Of a stretch of DNA of 26,768 nt, positions 18,068 to 25,127 are shown piece after piece (the stretch's first letter is position 1; each line of letters opens with the position of its first letter). A model generated the notes under the pieces. It ran no database searches, was not told where the DNA came from, and worked only from the letters and a program-made list of their open reading frames with translations. The position numbers and the translations under genes are program-made. Source of the stretch: a virus. Lineage: Duplodnaviria > Caudoviricetes. Location of the stretch: positions 1 to 26,768 of the IMG/VR virus record IMGVR_UViG_3300047476_000383; one strand, written 5' to 3'.

Positions 18068-18573
18068 TGACGCGTAATCAGCCAGGTCTCAATTGGATTG
18101 AAGAAGCTTACAAGCATATAGGCCAAAAAGAGATTGTTGGCATCAAGTCTAACCCATGGATATTGAAGCTGTGGCAATTGAAAGACAAGTGGCTTGGTAC
18201 TGACGATAGCAAAGTGCCTTGGTGCGGAGCTTTTGTTAATTATGTTTTGACTAATTGTGGTTACTCAACCATTAAGACTTATTATCGTGCAAGAGACTGG
18301 GCTAAATGGGGTCAAGCATTACCTAAACCATGCGCTGGATGTATTGTAGTGTTTCAACGTACTGGCGGCGGTCATGTGGGCTTCCTTTTAGGACAAGATA
18401 AGAGTGGCAACCTTTTAGTGCTTGGTGGAAACCAAGGGGATAGCGTAAACATTGCTGCTTTTGACCCGAATAGAGCTATTGCCTATCGCTGGCCTAATGA
18501 AAAGGCAGTGCCGCAAAAGTTTTATTTACCTGTTACAACTGCTAAAGTAAAACTTAGCACTAACGAAGCATAG
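18067..18573 (+). CDS. Endolysin, TIGR02594-type CHAP/NlpC-P60 peptidoglycan hydrolase
   Basis: 'WIEEA...IGQKEI.G...NP.I', 'PWCGAFV', 'GGGHVGF', 'VLGGNQGD.V', 'YRWP'. Confidence 0.9.
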   Translation: MTRNQPGLNWIEEAYKHIGQKEIVGIKSNPWILKLWQLKDKWLGTDDSKVPWCGAFVNYVLTNCGYSTIKTYYRARDWAKWGQALPKPCAGCIVVFQRTGGGHVGFLLGQDKSGNLLVLGGNQGDSVNIAAFDPNRAIAYRWPNEKAVPQKFYLPVTTAKVKLSTNEA

Positions 18574-18582
18574 GAGATAACA

Positions 18583-18750
18583 ATGTTTAATTTCATCTTA
18601 GAACGTAGCAAAGAACCATCATCATGGCGCGGCATTTCTTTATTCTTAACAGCTTTAGGCATCTATGTTGAGCCAGCTTTATACACACAGATTACAACTG
18701 TTGGGGTTGGCATTGCTGGTCTTATCGGCATGGTAACAAAGGATAAGTAA
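18583..18750 (+). CDS. Holin-like 55-aa membrane protein (not in ORF track)
   Basis: MFNFILERSKEPSSWRGIFLFLTALGIYVEPALYTQITTVGVGIAGLIGMVTKDK; AGGAG RBS; two TM segments; follows the endolysin. Confidence 0.75.
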   Translation: MFNFILERSKEPSSWRGISLFLTALGIYVEPALYTQITTVGVGIAGLIGMVTKDK

Positions 18751-18926
18751 TGAAAAAAGAAACTAAAATCGCAAAAGTAATGCGTGAGTTTAAAAAAGGT
18801 GAGCTCCATTCTGGTAAAGGTGGCCCAGTAGTTACCAATCCAAAACAAGGCATTGCTATTGCATTGTCTGAAGCGTCACGCATGAAACGTAAGGCTAAAG
18901 GTTCTGCTCGTAAAAGCAAACGATAG
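18750..18926 (+). CDS. Small basic protein, DUF6496-like (not in ORF track)
   Basis: MKKETKIAKVMREFKKGELHSGKGGPVVTNPKQGIAIALSEASRMKRKAKGSARKSKR; TAATG coupling. Confidence 0.75.
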   Translation: MKKETKIAKVMREFKKGELHSGKGGPVVTNPKQGIAIALSEASRMKRKAKGSARKSKR

Positions 18927-18931
18927 ACAGC

Positions 18932-19198
18932 ATGGCTACTAGCTTATCAATCAAGCGTGGTGAAAAGCTACCTACATCACAAGGGGCTGGTCTTACTGCT
19001 AAAGGTCGCGCGAAATATAACCGAGAGACTGGAAGCAATCTAAAAGCGCCAGCTCCAAACCCTAAGACTAAGCGTGATGCCGCTAGAAAGAAATCCTTTT
19101 GTGCGCGTATGTCTGGTATGCCAGGCCCTATGCGTGACAGTAAAGGAAGGCCAACACGAAAAGCCGCTTCACTTAGAAGGTGGGGCTGTAGAAGGTAA
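18932..19198 (+). CDS. Small basic phage protein, DUF6321-like
   Basis: 'GLTAKGRAKYNRETGSNLKAP...RKKSFCARMSG...SLRRWGC'. Confidence 0.75.
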   Translation: MATSLSIKRGEKLPTSQGAGLTAKGRAKYNRETGSNLKAPAPNPKTKRDAARKKSFCARMSGMPGPMRDSKGRPTRKAASLRRWGCRR

Positions 19199-19199
19199 G

Positions 19200-19406
19200 T
19201 GGTGGGGCTACTAGCAGTTCCAGAGTTGAGTGCTAAATTCCACAAGGGTTAATAAAACAACCACGTTCGCCCCATAAGGGTAGGTACTCGCTGCACTGGT
19301 GCAATTGCCTTGCGTACGCGCTGCCAGCATTTGCTTTCCCTATAAATGGTGAGGTACTAATGTTGGACGAAGCTACCGTTTAAAGAAGTTCCACGTTCCC
19401 TCATAA
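19200..19406 (-). ncRNA. Array of three putative structured RNAs with a loop E/sarcin-ricin-like internal loop
   Basis: On the - strand each unit reads TTA-[stem]-GAA(C/A)-G(T/C)...-AGTA-[stem']-CC(A/C); stems TGAGG/CCTCA, TAGG/CCTA, TGGGGC/GCCCCA. Confidence 0.55.
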
Positions 19407-19409
19407 ATC

Positions 19410-19721
19410 TTAAAACTCAATATCTTTTAATGCCTGTGTTGCAGCAATGTTTATTGTATCTACTTTTAAAGCTTCATTAACAAGCAGCGGCAAAACATCC
19501 CTCATTTCTTTTGTCATGTCAGAATAATGAACGCAATGCAAAGCTCTTAATTGTTTATAAGCATCGGTATTTTCACTTATATTCATTACATCCATTACTT
19601 TATCTAACGTACAAATACTAAAATGGTTGTCAGTAAATAATTTATTAATTGCCGTCTGAACTACAAGCTTTTTTACTTGAGGTATCGAGGATATGCTTCC
19701 AGTAACCATGCCATAGTCCAT
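19410..19721 (-). CDS. Hypothetical phage protein (start could extend to 19826)
   Basis: GAGG RBS 8 nt before ATG 19721; 'HFSICTLD...LRALHCVHYSDM' looks like a conserved core. Confidence 0.65.
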   Translation of the reverse strand: MDYGMVTGSISSIPQVKKLVVQTAINKLFTDNHFSICTLDKVMDVMNISENTDAYKQLRALHCVHYSDMTKEMRDVLPLLVNEALKVDTINIAATQALKDIEF

Positions 19722-19830
19722 CTGAATATCCTCTGTCGTATTCGTATTGTTTGTCGAGCTTTCTTGCCCACTTGTAGAAGATGAACCCGACCCAAAACCC
19801 AATCGAGAAACTAAAAATGCTTTCATACAT
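19645..19830 (-). CDS. Possible small membrane-anchored protein overlapping the downstream gene
   Basis: MYESIFSFSIGFWVGFIFYKWARK...YDRGYSDG; GGGGA RBS; competes with the N-terminal extension of 19410..19826. Confidence 0.4.
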   Translation of the reverse strand: MYESIFSFSIGFWVGFIFYKWARKLDKQYEYDRGYSDGLWHGYWKHILDTSSKKACSSDGN

Positions 19831-19846
19831 ACTATCCCCTTTATTT

Positions 19847-20590
19847 TTACGCTGATTGCAACAGCTTGCCATCAAATACATACGTTCCTACATGGCCTAG
19901 CTGAACCCACGGTGCGGCATGAACCTTACCGCCATGCTTACGCCATAGCATACAGAAATGATAGTCTTCTGATAGCAAACGATTAGTGCCTTCCTCTATG
20001 CTGGTGGCAAAGTATTCTTTAATCACATCAGCTTTGATTGTGCCAGCCAAGTCTAGTACGTCATTATTATAAGTCGGTACTTTATCTGCAAGCTTCTCAA
20101 ACACTTCACGTTTAATTAGCATGAAGCCAGTGCCGCCGTTCCAAATCTCTACTGGTTGATTGACTGGGATGGTCACTGAGTTTTCGTAGCCTACTAGGTT
20201 GACTACAAAGCTTCCTGTATTGAATTGAAGCTTCTCATCAGGCTCGCCACGTTCAACAGCAGCACGAACAGCCGCCCAGTTAATCTCTTTCTTAGGGTAA
20301 ATGCCACAGATAATATCTTTATCGACTTCAAGCATCGGGAATATGTCTGCTGGATTAAATTTAATATCAGCATCAATGAACATCATGTGGGTGGCTTCTG
20401 ACTTCAAGAAGTTATGCACTAGCGCGTTGCGTGCGCGTGTGATTAAGCTCTCATTAAACATGAAGCTATATGTTACTGTCACCCCAACCTTTTGCGCTTG
20501 ATTTTGAAGCGTTAGCATTGCTTGAGTGTAGTAGCCAGCACACATTCCACCGTACATTGGCGTGGCTATAAAGATATGGTGCTTGTTCAT
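19847..20590 (-). CDS. GT-A fold (GT2-like) glycosyltransferase-like protein
   Basis: 'IFIATPMYGG', 'ESLITRARN', DxD motif 'FIDADI', 'GTGFMLIKREVF', 'LSEDYHFC', 'HVG'. Confidence 0.8.
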   Translation of the reverse strand: MNKHHIFIATPMYGGMCAGYYTQAMLTLQNQAQKVGVTVTYSFMFNESLITRARNALVHNFLKSEATHMMFIDADIKFNPADIFPMLEVDKDIICGIYPKKEINWAAVRAAVERGEPDEKLQFNTGSFVVNLVGYENSVTIPVNQPVEIWNGGTGFMLIKREVFEKLADKVPTYNNDVLDLAGTIKADVIKEYFATSIEEGTNRLLSEDYHFCMLWRKHGGKVHAAPWVQLGHVGTYVFDGKLLQSA

Positions 20591-20811
20591 TTAGTTTCTC
20601 CAATCAATCTGTAGTTAGCAACAAAACATTCATCACCGTATCTGTTAATGACTGCCTTGCGTTCCGAAATAATATTATGGCCTTGCGTGCGTAAATCAAA
20701 CACACAAGCCGCCAATCTCATCACCCCAAAAGCATCTAGCGCGTATTTTGCGTCAATCGGCAATCCAGCCTCTAAATGCTCTAAAATCATTTCTTTTTGC
20801 GTCTTTTTCAT
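20587..20811 (-). CDS. Winged helix-turn-helix protein (HTH_39-like)
   Basis: 'TQ...IL.HL..G..I....A...FG..RLAA.V.DLR..G.NI...VA.Y.L'. Confidence 0.75.
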   Translation of the reverse strand: MKKTQKEMILEHLEAGLPIDAKYALDAFGVMRLAACVFDLRTQGHNIISERKAVINRYGDECFVANYRLIGETK

Positions 20812-20859
20812 ATCGTCATCCCCTCCGAAAAAAAATTCATGTTTTTGGTAAGTATTTGA

Positions 20860-21150
20860 TTATAAAGTGCTTTTCTTTTTGTTGTTTAAAACAGTCCAGC
20901 CGTCATAGTTGTAAGAGCGCAGTTCCGAGCCTTCCCACTGAATATGAATGGCTAAATCATCTGCAAGCCAACATCCTAATTGAGTAGCGCTGGTTGGGTG
21001 CGTGGTATAAGCCAATTTCCCTGTTCCAGTCCTACATTCTTCATCAGTAAGCACAATGCGTCCTCCGCCTGTGTTTAATGTGTACATAATCGGCTTTGCT
21101 TGTGCGCTTAGCGCCAAAACCGCTAATATTGCTCCAATTGTGTATTTCAT
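20860..21150 (-). CDS. Secreted/periplasmic hypothetical protein
   Basis: Signal peptide MKYTIGAILAVLALSAQA; two Cys in the mature part. Confidence 0.7.
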   Translation of the reverse strand: MKYTIGAILAVLALSAQAKPIMYTLNTGGGRIVLTDEECRTGTGKLAYTTHPTSATQLGCWLADDLAIHIQWEGSELRSYNYDGWTVLNNKKKSTL

Positions 21151-21314
21151 TGCATCTGTTCCTTTTTAATGAATGAATCAACCACATCAAGCACCTCAAC
21201 AAGCGTCACCTTGCCATAATCATCACGCTCAAGTTCAAGAAGTCTGTCATGCACTTGCTCTATCGCAGTAACAAATCCAGTTTCGTACGCTTCACCAATT
21301 ACTCGTTGTAGCAT
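21147..21314 (-). CDS. Hypothetical 55-aa protein (not in ORF track)
   Basis: MLQRVIGEAYETGFVTAIEQVHDRLLELERDDYGKVTLVEVLDVVDSFIKKEQMQ; AAGGA RBS; ATGA overlap with the next gene. Confidence 0.65.
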   Translation of the reverse strand: MLQRVIGEAYETGFVTAIEQVHDRLLELERDDYGKVTLVEVLDVVDSFIKKEQMQ

Positions 21315-21386
21315 CTTCGTTATCCTTTATAACGCTAGGTAAGGTGGGAGCTGCCAAAAACGTATGCTCCCAATACGTCCTAACGG

Positions 21387-21761
21387 CTAGCAGGGCGCTA
21401 GCTCACCTTTTGGCTGGTGGGGTTCTATAACTACTAAGCATTTGCCGCCTTTTATTGGTTCTGCGCGGAAAACGACTAGCTTTTCGACCTGACAATCGTC
21501 TTCAAAGACAAAACTCTCTAAAGCGTCTAAAACAGCCTTAATACGATTATCAATATCGGTTTTACGCTTATCGCGTGGGCGTAAAGCAATAGTCACTTGC
21601 AATGGTATCGTTCCAAGATTAGGAATTTGGTTTTCTAGCAAATAAGCGACTACATCCTCTCTAAATTTGCGTCCTTCCTTCGATATAAAGCGCCTATGAC
21701 CATTTGCACGCCAATAGGAGTTGATAGAAGGCGGATAAGGCAAATTTAAAGTGATTACCAC
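21387..21761 (-). CDS. rusA: RusA-family Holliday junction resolvase
   Basis: 'LPYPPSINSYWR', 'ISKEGRKFR', 'PRDKRKTDIDNRIKAVLDAL', 'DDCQV'. Confidence 0.9.
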   Translation of the reverse strand: MVITLNLPYPPSINSYWRANGHRRFISKEGRKFREDVVAYLLENQIPNLGTIPLQVTIALRPRDKRKTDIDNRIKAVLDALESFVFEDDCQVEKLVVFRAEPIKGGKCLVVIEPHQPKGELAPC

Positions 21762-22024
21762 GGCACTTCATCCTCATTCTTACCACTGTTTACTTCTACA
21801 GGGTACTGAGTTTGGTTGCGGTCAGGTTTCCAAGTGTCTTGCGATAGGCTAATAAGCTTCCCCATTGCAGTCGTTCTTTCCCAAGCGCTAATTTTAATAA
21901 TATCCCCAGCTTTTGCGTCCTCTAAAAGCATAATCTGTCCGCGTAAGTCGGGTGCTCTATCGTTTTTCTTTTCCTTCTGCGTAAACAACACGCCTTTTCC
22001 TGGTTGTGCATTGTGTTGTGCCAT
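21755..22024 (-). CDS. Single-stranded DNA-binding-like protein (DUF736-like)
   Basis: 'KK.DRAPDLRG.I...ISAW...GK.ISLS' and SSB-like acidic-aromatic tail 'EDEVPW'. Confidence 0.6.
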   Translation of the reverse strand: MAQHNAQPGKGVLFTQKEKKNDRAPDLRGQIMLLEDAKAGDIIKISAWERTTAMGKLISLSQDTWKPDRNQTQYPVEVNSGKNEDEVPW

Positions 22025-22026
22025 TA

Positions 22027-22317
22027 TTAATCCTCCAGTTTAATTTTTCCTACATAACCGCCTTCAATATATGGCACTTGTTGTTTTTCAAACCATATTC
22101 CAATATCACCACATGATGTTTTACCATGATACACATACAAATACTGTGGCTCTTTAGGCTGTGGTTTAATGCGGTATTTATAAAATGTAGTTTCCCAATC
22201 AGGTGGACTATCAGCCTCATACCATCTAGGATTTGCATTTTCTCTAATGTCAGCCTGTTCAATCTCAGCACCATCAGCCCATGCTTTTATTTCTTTATGC
22301 CATTTATGTTGTGCCAT
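22027..22317 (-). CDS. Hypothetical phage protein
   Basis: 'HKW..EIKAWADGAEIE...P.W....KYRIKP' motif; AGGAGG RBS. Confidence 0.75.
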   Translation of the reverse strand: MAQHKWHKEIKAWADGAEIEQADIRENANPRWYEADSPPDWETTFYKYRIKPQPKEPQYLYVYHGKTSCGDIGIWFEKQQVPYIEGGYVGKIKLED

Positions 22318-22326
22318 TATTCCTCC

Positions 22327-22479
22327 TTAAAAACAATCTGTGTTGCAATTACCTTCTTCATCGCAACAAGTGGTGCAAGTGACCATCCTTGTTCCTGATG
22401 TTACGGTATGAGTTGTGCAATTTGCATAAGCCGTTAATGAAATTATTAATAATGCTATAGCGATTAATAACTTTCTCAT
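22327..22479 (-). CDS. Secreted six-cysteine peptide, 50 aa (not in ORF track)
   Basis: MRKLLIAIALLIISLTAYA|NCTTHTVTSGTRMVTCTTCCDEEGNCNTDCF; starts 2 nt after the upstream stop and fills the gap. Confidence 0.8.
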   Translation of the reverse strand: MRKLLIAIALLIISLTAYANCTTHTVTSGTRMVTCTTCCDEEGNCNTDCF

Positions 22480-22481
22480 AA

Positions 22482-23294
22482 TCATTCTGCCTTGAGATTG
22501 TCTTTTCGGGCTTTAACGACAGCTGAAGTAAGTCTAATCATATCGTCTGCTTCCCATGTGCTAATAAACTCTTCATTAGCGTGACGGATAGCATGAATAC
22601 GCTCGTCTTTCTCTTCTAGCTTAATCTTTGCACTCGCATAAATCTTAGCGCAAATCTCGGCATAGGCATCGACCCACTCGCCAAGTGAGTTATGGCGGCT
22701 GTAAACCTTTGCGCCTTCACCATCAGGAATATTTAACGGAATACCCATTGGCTCTTCGGGCTCATCATTCAAAATCTCTACTTCGCCCATGTCTTTAATC
22801 GGAGTTGGCGCTGGTTTAACGTCAAAGTCCATGACCTCTTCTACTGCGTAGTGACCTAGAATACAAGCTGGGTAAATTGAACGTACTGCGCGACTAATTA
22901 CGCGAGCTCTAAGCATATCTTCTGGGTACTTTTCCCATCCTGAACCCATGCGGTACAGTCCAGCTTGCTTAGCCATGTCAATTGTCCATTCGACAGTAAT
23001 TGAACCGCCAGCTTCATGCGTGAACGTGCCTGAACATTTAGTGCGAGAAACTTCATTCCATTTAACCTTGCCGCCAGCTAGTTGGAAACGCGCGAGAATA
23101 GCTTGGCTCTTTAGCGCTGGTCTGCCTTGGATGATGTCATACTCTTGCACAACGGTTGCTGGGTGCTTATTCTCAGCTTGTGCGACCAACATCACTGCCA
23201 TGACCTGTTCTTTTGTTTTAAAGCCGTAAAAACCCGACTTAACAATGCTTTCAGCCATGACGCTCATATCATTTACTGGAACTAGGCTAGTCAT
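22482..23294 (-). CDS. RecT/Redbeta-like single-strand annealing protein
   Basis: 'IIQGRPAL', 'WTIDMAKQAGL...WEKYPEDMLRAR..SRAVR..YP..ILG.Y..EE'; near the YqaJ nuclease. Confidence 0.75.
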   Translation of the reverse strand: MTSLVPVNDMSVMAESIVKSGFYGFKTKEQVMAVMLVAQAENKHPATVVQEYDIIQGRPALKSQAILARFQLAGGKVKWNEVSRTKCSGTFTHEAGGSITVEWTIDMAKQAGLYRMGSGWEKYPEDMLRARVISRAVRSIYPACILGHYAVEEVMDFDVKPAPTPIKDMGEVEILNDEPEEPMGIPLNIPDGEGAKVYSRHNSLGEWVDAYAEICAKIYASAKIKLEEKDERIHAIRHANEEFISTWEADDMIRLTSAVVKARKDNLKAE

Positions 23295-23460
23295 TTGTCT
23301 GCCCCCTCGTAATAGAATTAATCGCTTGCATAGCGTGAACAGCGACTTGTTGTGCGCCTGTCATTGGAACACCTGCTATTGCTGGTGGGTCTATCTCTAG
23401 TTTTACATTGACTGCTTCGTTTGCTTCGTCATCTGTAATGGTAATTGTGATTGTGCTCAT
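23287..23460 (-). CDS. Hypothetical 57-aa protein (not in ORF track)
   Basis: MSTITITITDDEANEAVNVKLEIDPPAIAGVPMTGAQQVAVHAMQAINSITRGQTND; ATGA coupling upstream, short overlap downstream. Confidence 0.65.
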   Translation of the reverse strand: MSTITITITDDEANEAVNVKLEIDPPAIAGVPMTGAQQVAVHAMQAINSITRGQTND

Positions 23461-23642
23461 GCTTTTCTAGCCTCCATAAGTTGTTTAGCCATTGTTACTG
23501 CCGCAAATGGCATCTTTTTCCCTGCTTCTTCACTGTCTATCATTGGAATAATTGCGTGCATTGCTAGTCCAATATATAAATCCAGCAAAATAGCTTCATA
23601 TTCTGCTTTGTCTTCATTCAAAATGCTCATAAGGGTACTCAT
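23457..23642 (-). CDS. Hypothetical protein
   Basis: ATGA-coupled on both sides; 'D.Y.GLAM.A...A.QLMEAR' phage motif. Confidence 0.7.
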   Translation of the reverse strand: MSTLMSILNEDKAEYEAILLDLYIGLAMHAIIPMIDSEEAGKKMPFAAVTMAKQLMEARKA

Positions 23643-24541
23643 TTCACTAAAAAGCGGCGCGAGCCAGCTTGCTCCACCACAAATTGTTCATAAATGTCAG
23701 GCATCGCGCTTTTGAATAAATCAGCTGAGAAACGCTTGCTTGGCTTGCTATTTTTCCATGAGATAAGCGTGCGCCCATCCACTGAAACTAATTCACTATT
23801 ATCGCCCATGATTGCGCGTAGCTTAGCTTCAATTTGGTCTGCTTTATCTTCGTATTGCTTGATGACTTCTTTAATCTCTTTGAGCGCCATAACACCTTGC
23901 TCAATCTGTTGATTAGCGAGCATCCGTAAACCATTCTCGATAGGGTACAAAAGCTTGGTCTGCTCAATCGTTTCAGGTTCAGGCAATGTCTGAGCATTAA
24001 CGTGACCCCAAAATACAGCCATTTGCTTAATAACTTCGTCCTTCATAGCTTCTGTGATTGTGAAGTCGAACGTCTGAAATTCTTGACCGCCGAACAGAAC
24101 AGCAAGCACTACTCTGTCAACATTGTGAACTGCGGCTTCATGAACTATCTGAACATAATCAGCTGGTGGTATGCGTAAATCATCAACGTCAAACTTACTG
24201 CGAGCCCCAGCGTTATAATTTTTTGCTTCAACGAGCGTGCTTCCATCAGCACTAATAAAATCAAAGTGACTGCGTAGCCAGCTATGATTGGGGTGAGTAA
24301 GCATATAGTCCGCATCTTTTAATTCTATTCCTAGTCTTTCTTGTGCTAATTGACCAATGATTGGTTGCATCACATGACCCATTTGTACCGCCTCAATACC
24401 ACTTAAATCAGGCGCTTCTAATTTGCCTTGCTTCTGCATAATCACTTCAATTGCTTTGCCATTAACTGCTTGGCGGCTGTCACTAGCCCACCATGCGCTA
24501 TTTCTTACTGCTGGTTCAAAATCACTTCTATCATTAGCCAT
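23639..24541 (-). CDS. YqaJ-family (lambda Exo-like) recombination exonuclease
   Basis: 'ASD', 'MGH.M.P.I', 'HP.H.WL.SH.D', 'VEAKN', 'YVQ..HE', 'VLFGG', 'SRRF.VK'. Confidence 0.85.
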   Translation of the reverse strand: MANDRSDFEPAVRNSAWWASDSRQAVNGKAIEVIMQKQGKLEAPDLSGIEAVQMGHVMQPIIGQLAQERLGIELKDADYMLTHPNHSWLRSHFDFISADGSTLVEAKNYNAGARSKFDVDDLRIPPADYVQIVHEAAVHNVDRVVLAVLFGGQEFQTFDFTITEAMKDEVIKQMAVFWGHVNAQTLPEPETIEQTKLLYPIENGLRMLANQQIEQGVMALKEIKEVIKQYEDKADQIEAKLRAIMGDNSELVSVDGRTLISWKNSKPSKRFSADLFKSAMPDIYEQFVVEQAGSRRFLVK

Positions 24542-24581
24542 GATAAGTTTCCTTTATCGTTAGGTTTGTTGTAATAAGTTT

Positions 24582-24779
24582 TTAAAATGGTTCATTTGGC
24601 ATTGGAACTGGAACTAATTGCTCAAAGTGTTCAGCTTGCTTGCCGCATAAATGGTCATAATCGCGTGCATTTTCCGCGTAATACTGCTTGTTTACTCCCG
24701 TGACTAAATCAACGTACGTCAAGCGTGGATTAGTGCATACAGTAACGCGCAAGTGGGTACAGTCTATACAGAACTTCAT
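24582..24779 (-). CDS. Small Cys-rich (zinc-binding) phage protein
   Basis: 'KFCIDCTH...C..P...DLVTG...AR...CG..A.HFE'; GAGGG RBS. Confidence 0.75.
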   Translation of the reverse strand: MKFCIDCTHLRVTVCTNPRLTYVDLVTGVNKQYYAENARDYDHLCGKQAEHFEQLVPVPMPNEPF

Positions 24780-24813
24780 GTTATTCCCTCGTTAGTTGTT
24801 GATAGGAAGCTCT

Positions 24814-24842
24814 ACAGTAGAGCATTAGAATTGTATTGTCAA
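24814..24842 (-). promoter_or_regulatory. Sigma70 promoter for the leftward recombination operon
   Basis: TTGACA (24842-24837), 17-bp spacer, TACTGT (24819-24814). Confidence 0.75.
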
Positions 24843-24910
24843 TCATTATTTTTTCGGTCATAGTTACTGCACTTGCTTATTGTCATAAGTGAGCTCCTTA
24901 GCATTTTTTT

Positions 24911-24937
24911 AGCCTCACTTCGGTGGGGCTTTTTTTT
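24911..24937 (+). terminator. Rho-independent terminator with cUUCGg tetraloop
   Basis: AGCCTCAC-TTCG-GTGGGGCT followed by T7. Confidence 0.8.
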
Positions 24938-24969
24938 GCCTATCCGCGCGTAAACAAAATAAACGGCTT

Positions 24970-25012
24970 TGTGGATAAGTCTGTGGATAACCTGTGGATA
25001 GAATGTGGATAA
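24970..25012. promoter_or_regulatory. Cluster of four DnaA boxes
   Basis: TGTGGATAA at 24970, 24982 and 25004 (perfect reverse complement of TTATCCACA) and TGTGGATAG at 24993. Confidence 0.85.
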
Positions 25013-25125
25013 CTTTATTTTCCATACCCATATCGTATATGTATTAATATATATAAATAAAACTTACGTTTTATTAATACTTCTATTCTTATATTTCTAC
25101 ATATCCATATAGCATATATAGCATT
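25013..25125. other. AT-rich tract, candidate DNA unwinding element of a replication origin
   Basis: Non-coding and very AT-rich; contains AATAAAAC-TTAC-GTTTTATT inverted repeat; abuts the DnaA boxes. Confidence 0.55.
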
Positions 25126-25127
25126 GC

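Noticed and set aside
18663-19245. Minus-strand ORFs 18663..18848, 18722..18919 and 18895..19245
   Set aside because: They are shadows of three coupled + strand genes with recognisable motifs
19200-19406. tRNA genes or a CRISPR mini-array
   Set aside because: No T-loop, D-arm or anticodon arm; the repeated parts are paired inverted ends rather than identical direct repeats; no cas genes
19747-23912. Plus-strand ORFs in the leftward arm (e.g. 20301..20501, 22126..22398, 22948..23229)
   Set aside because: They are antisense to recognisable genes and lack an RBS or motifs
24970-25012. Iterons for a phage replication initiator
   Set aside because: The repeat unit is exactly the 9-bp DnaA box with variable spacers, and no Rep gene is adjacent
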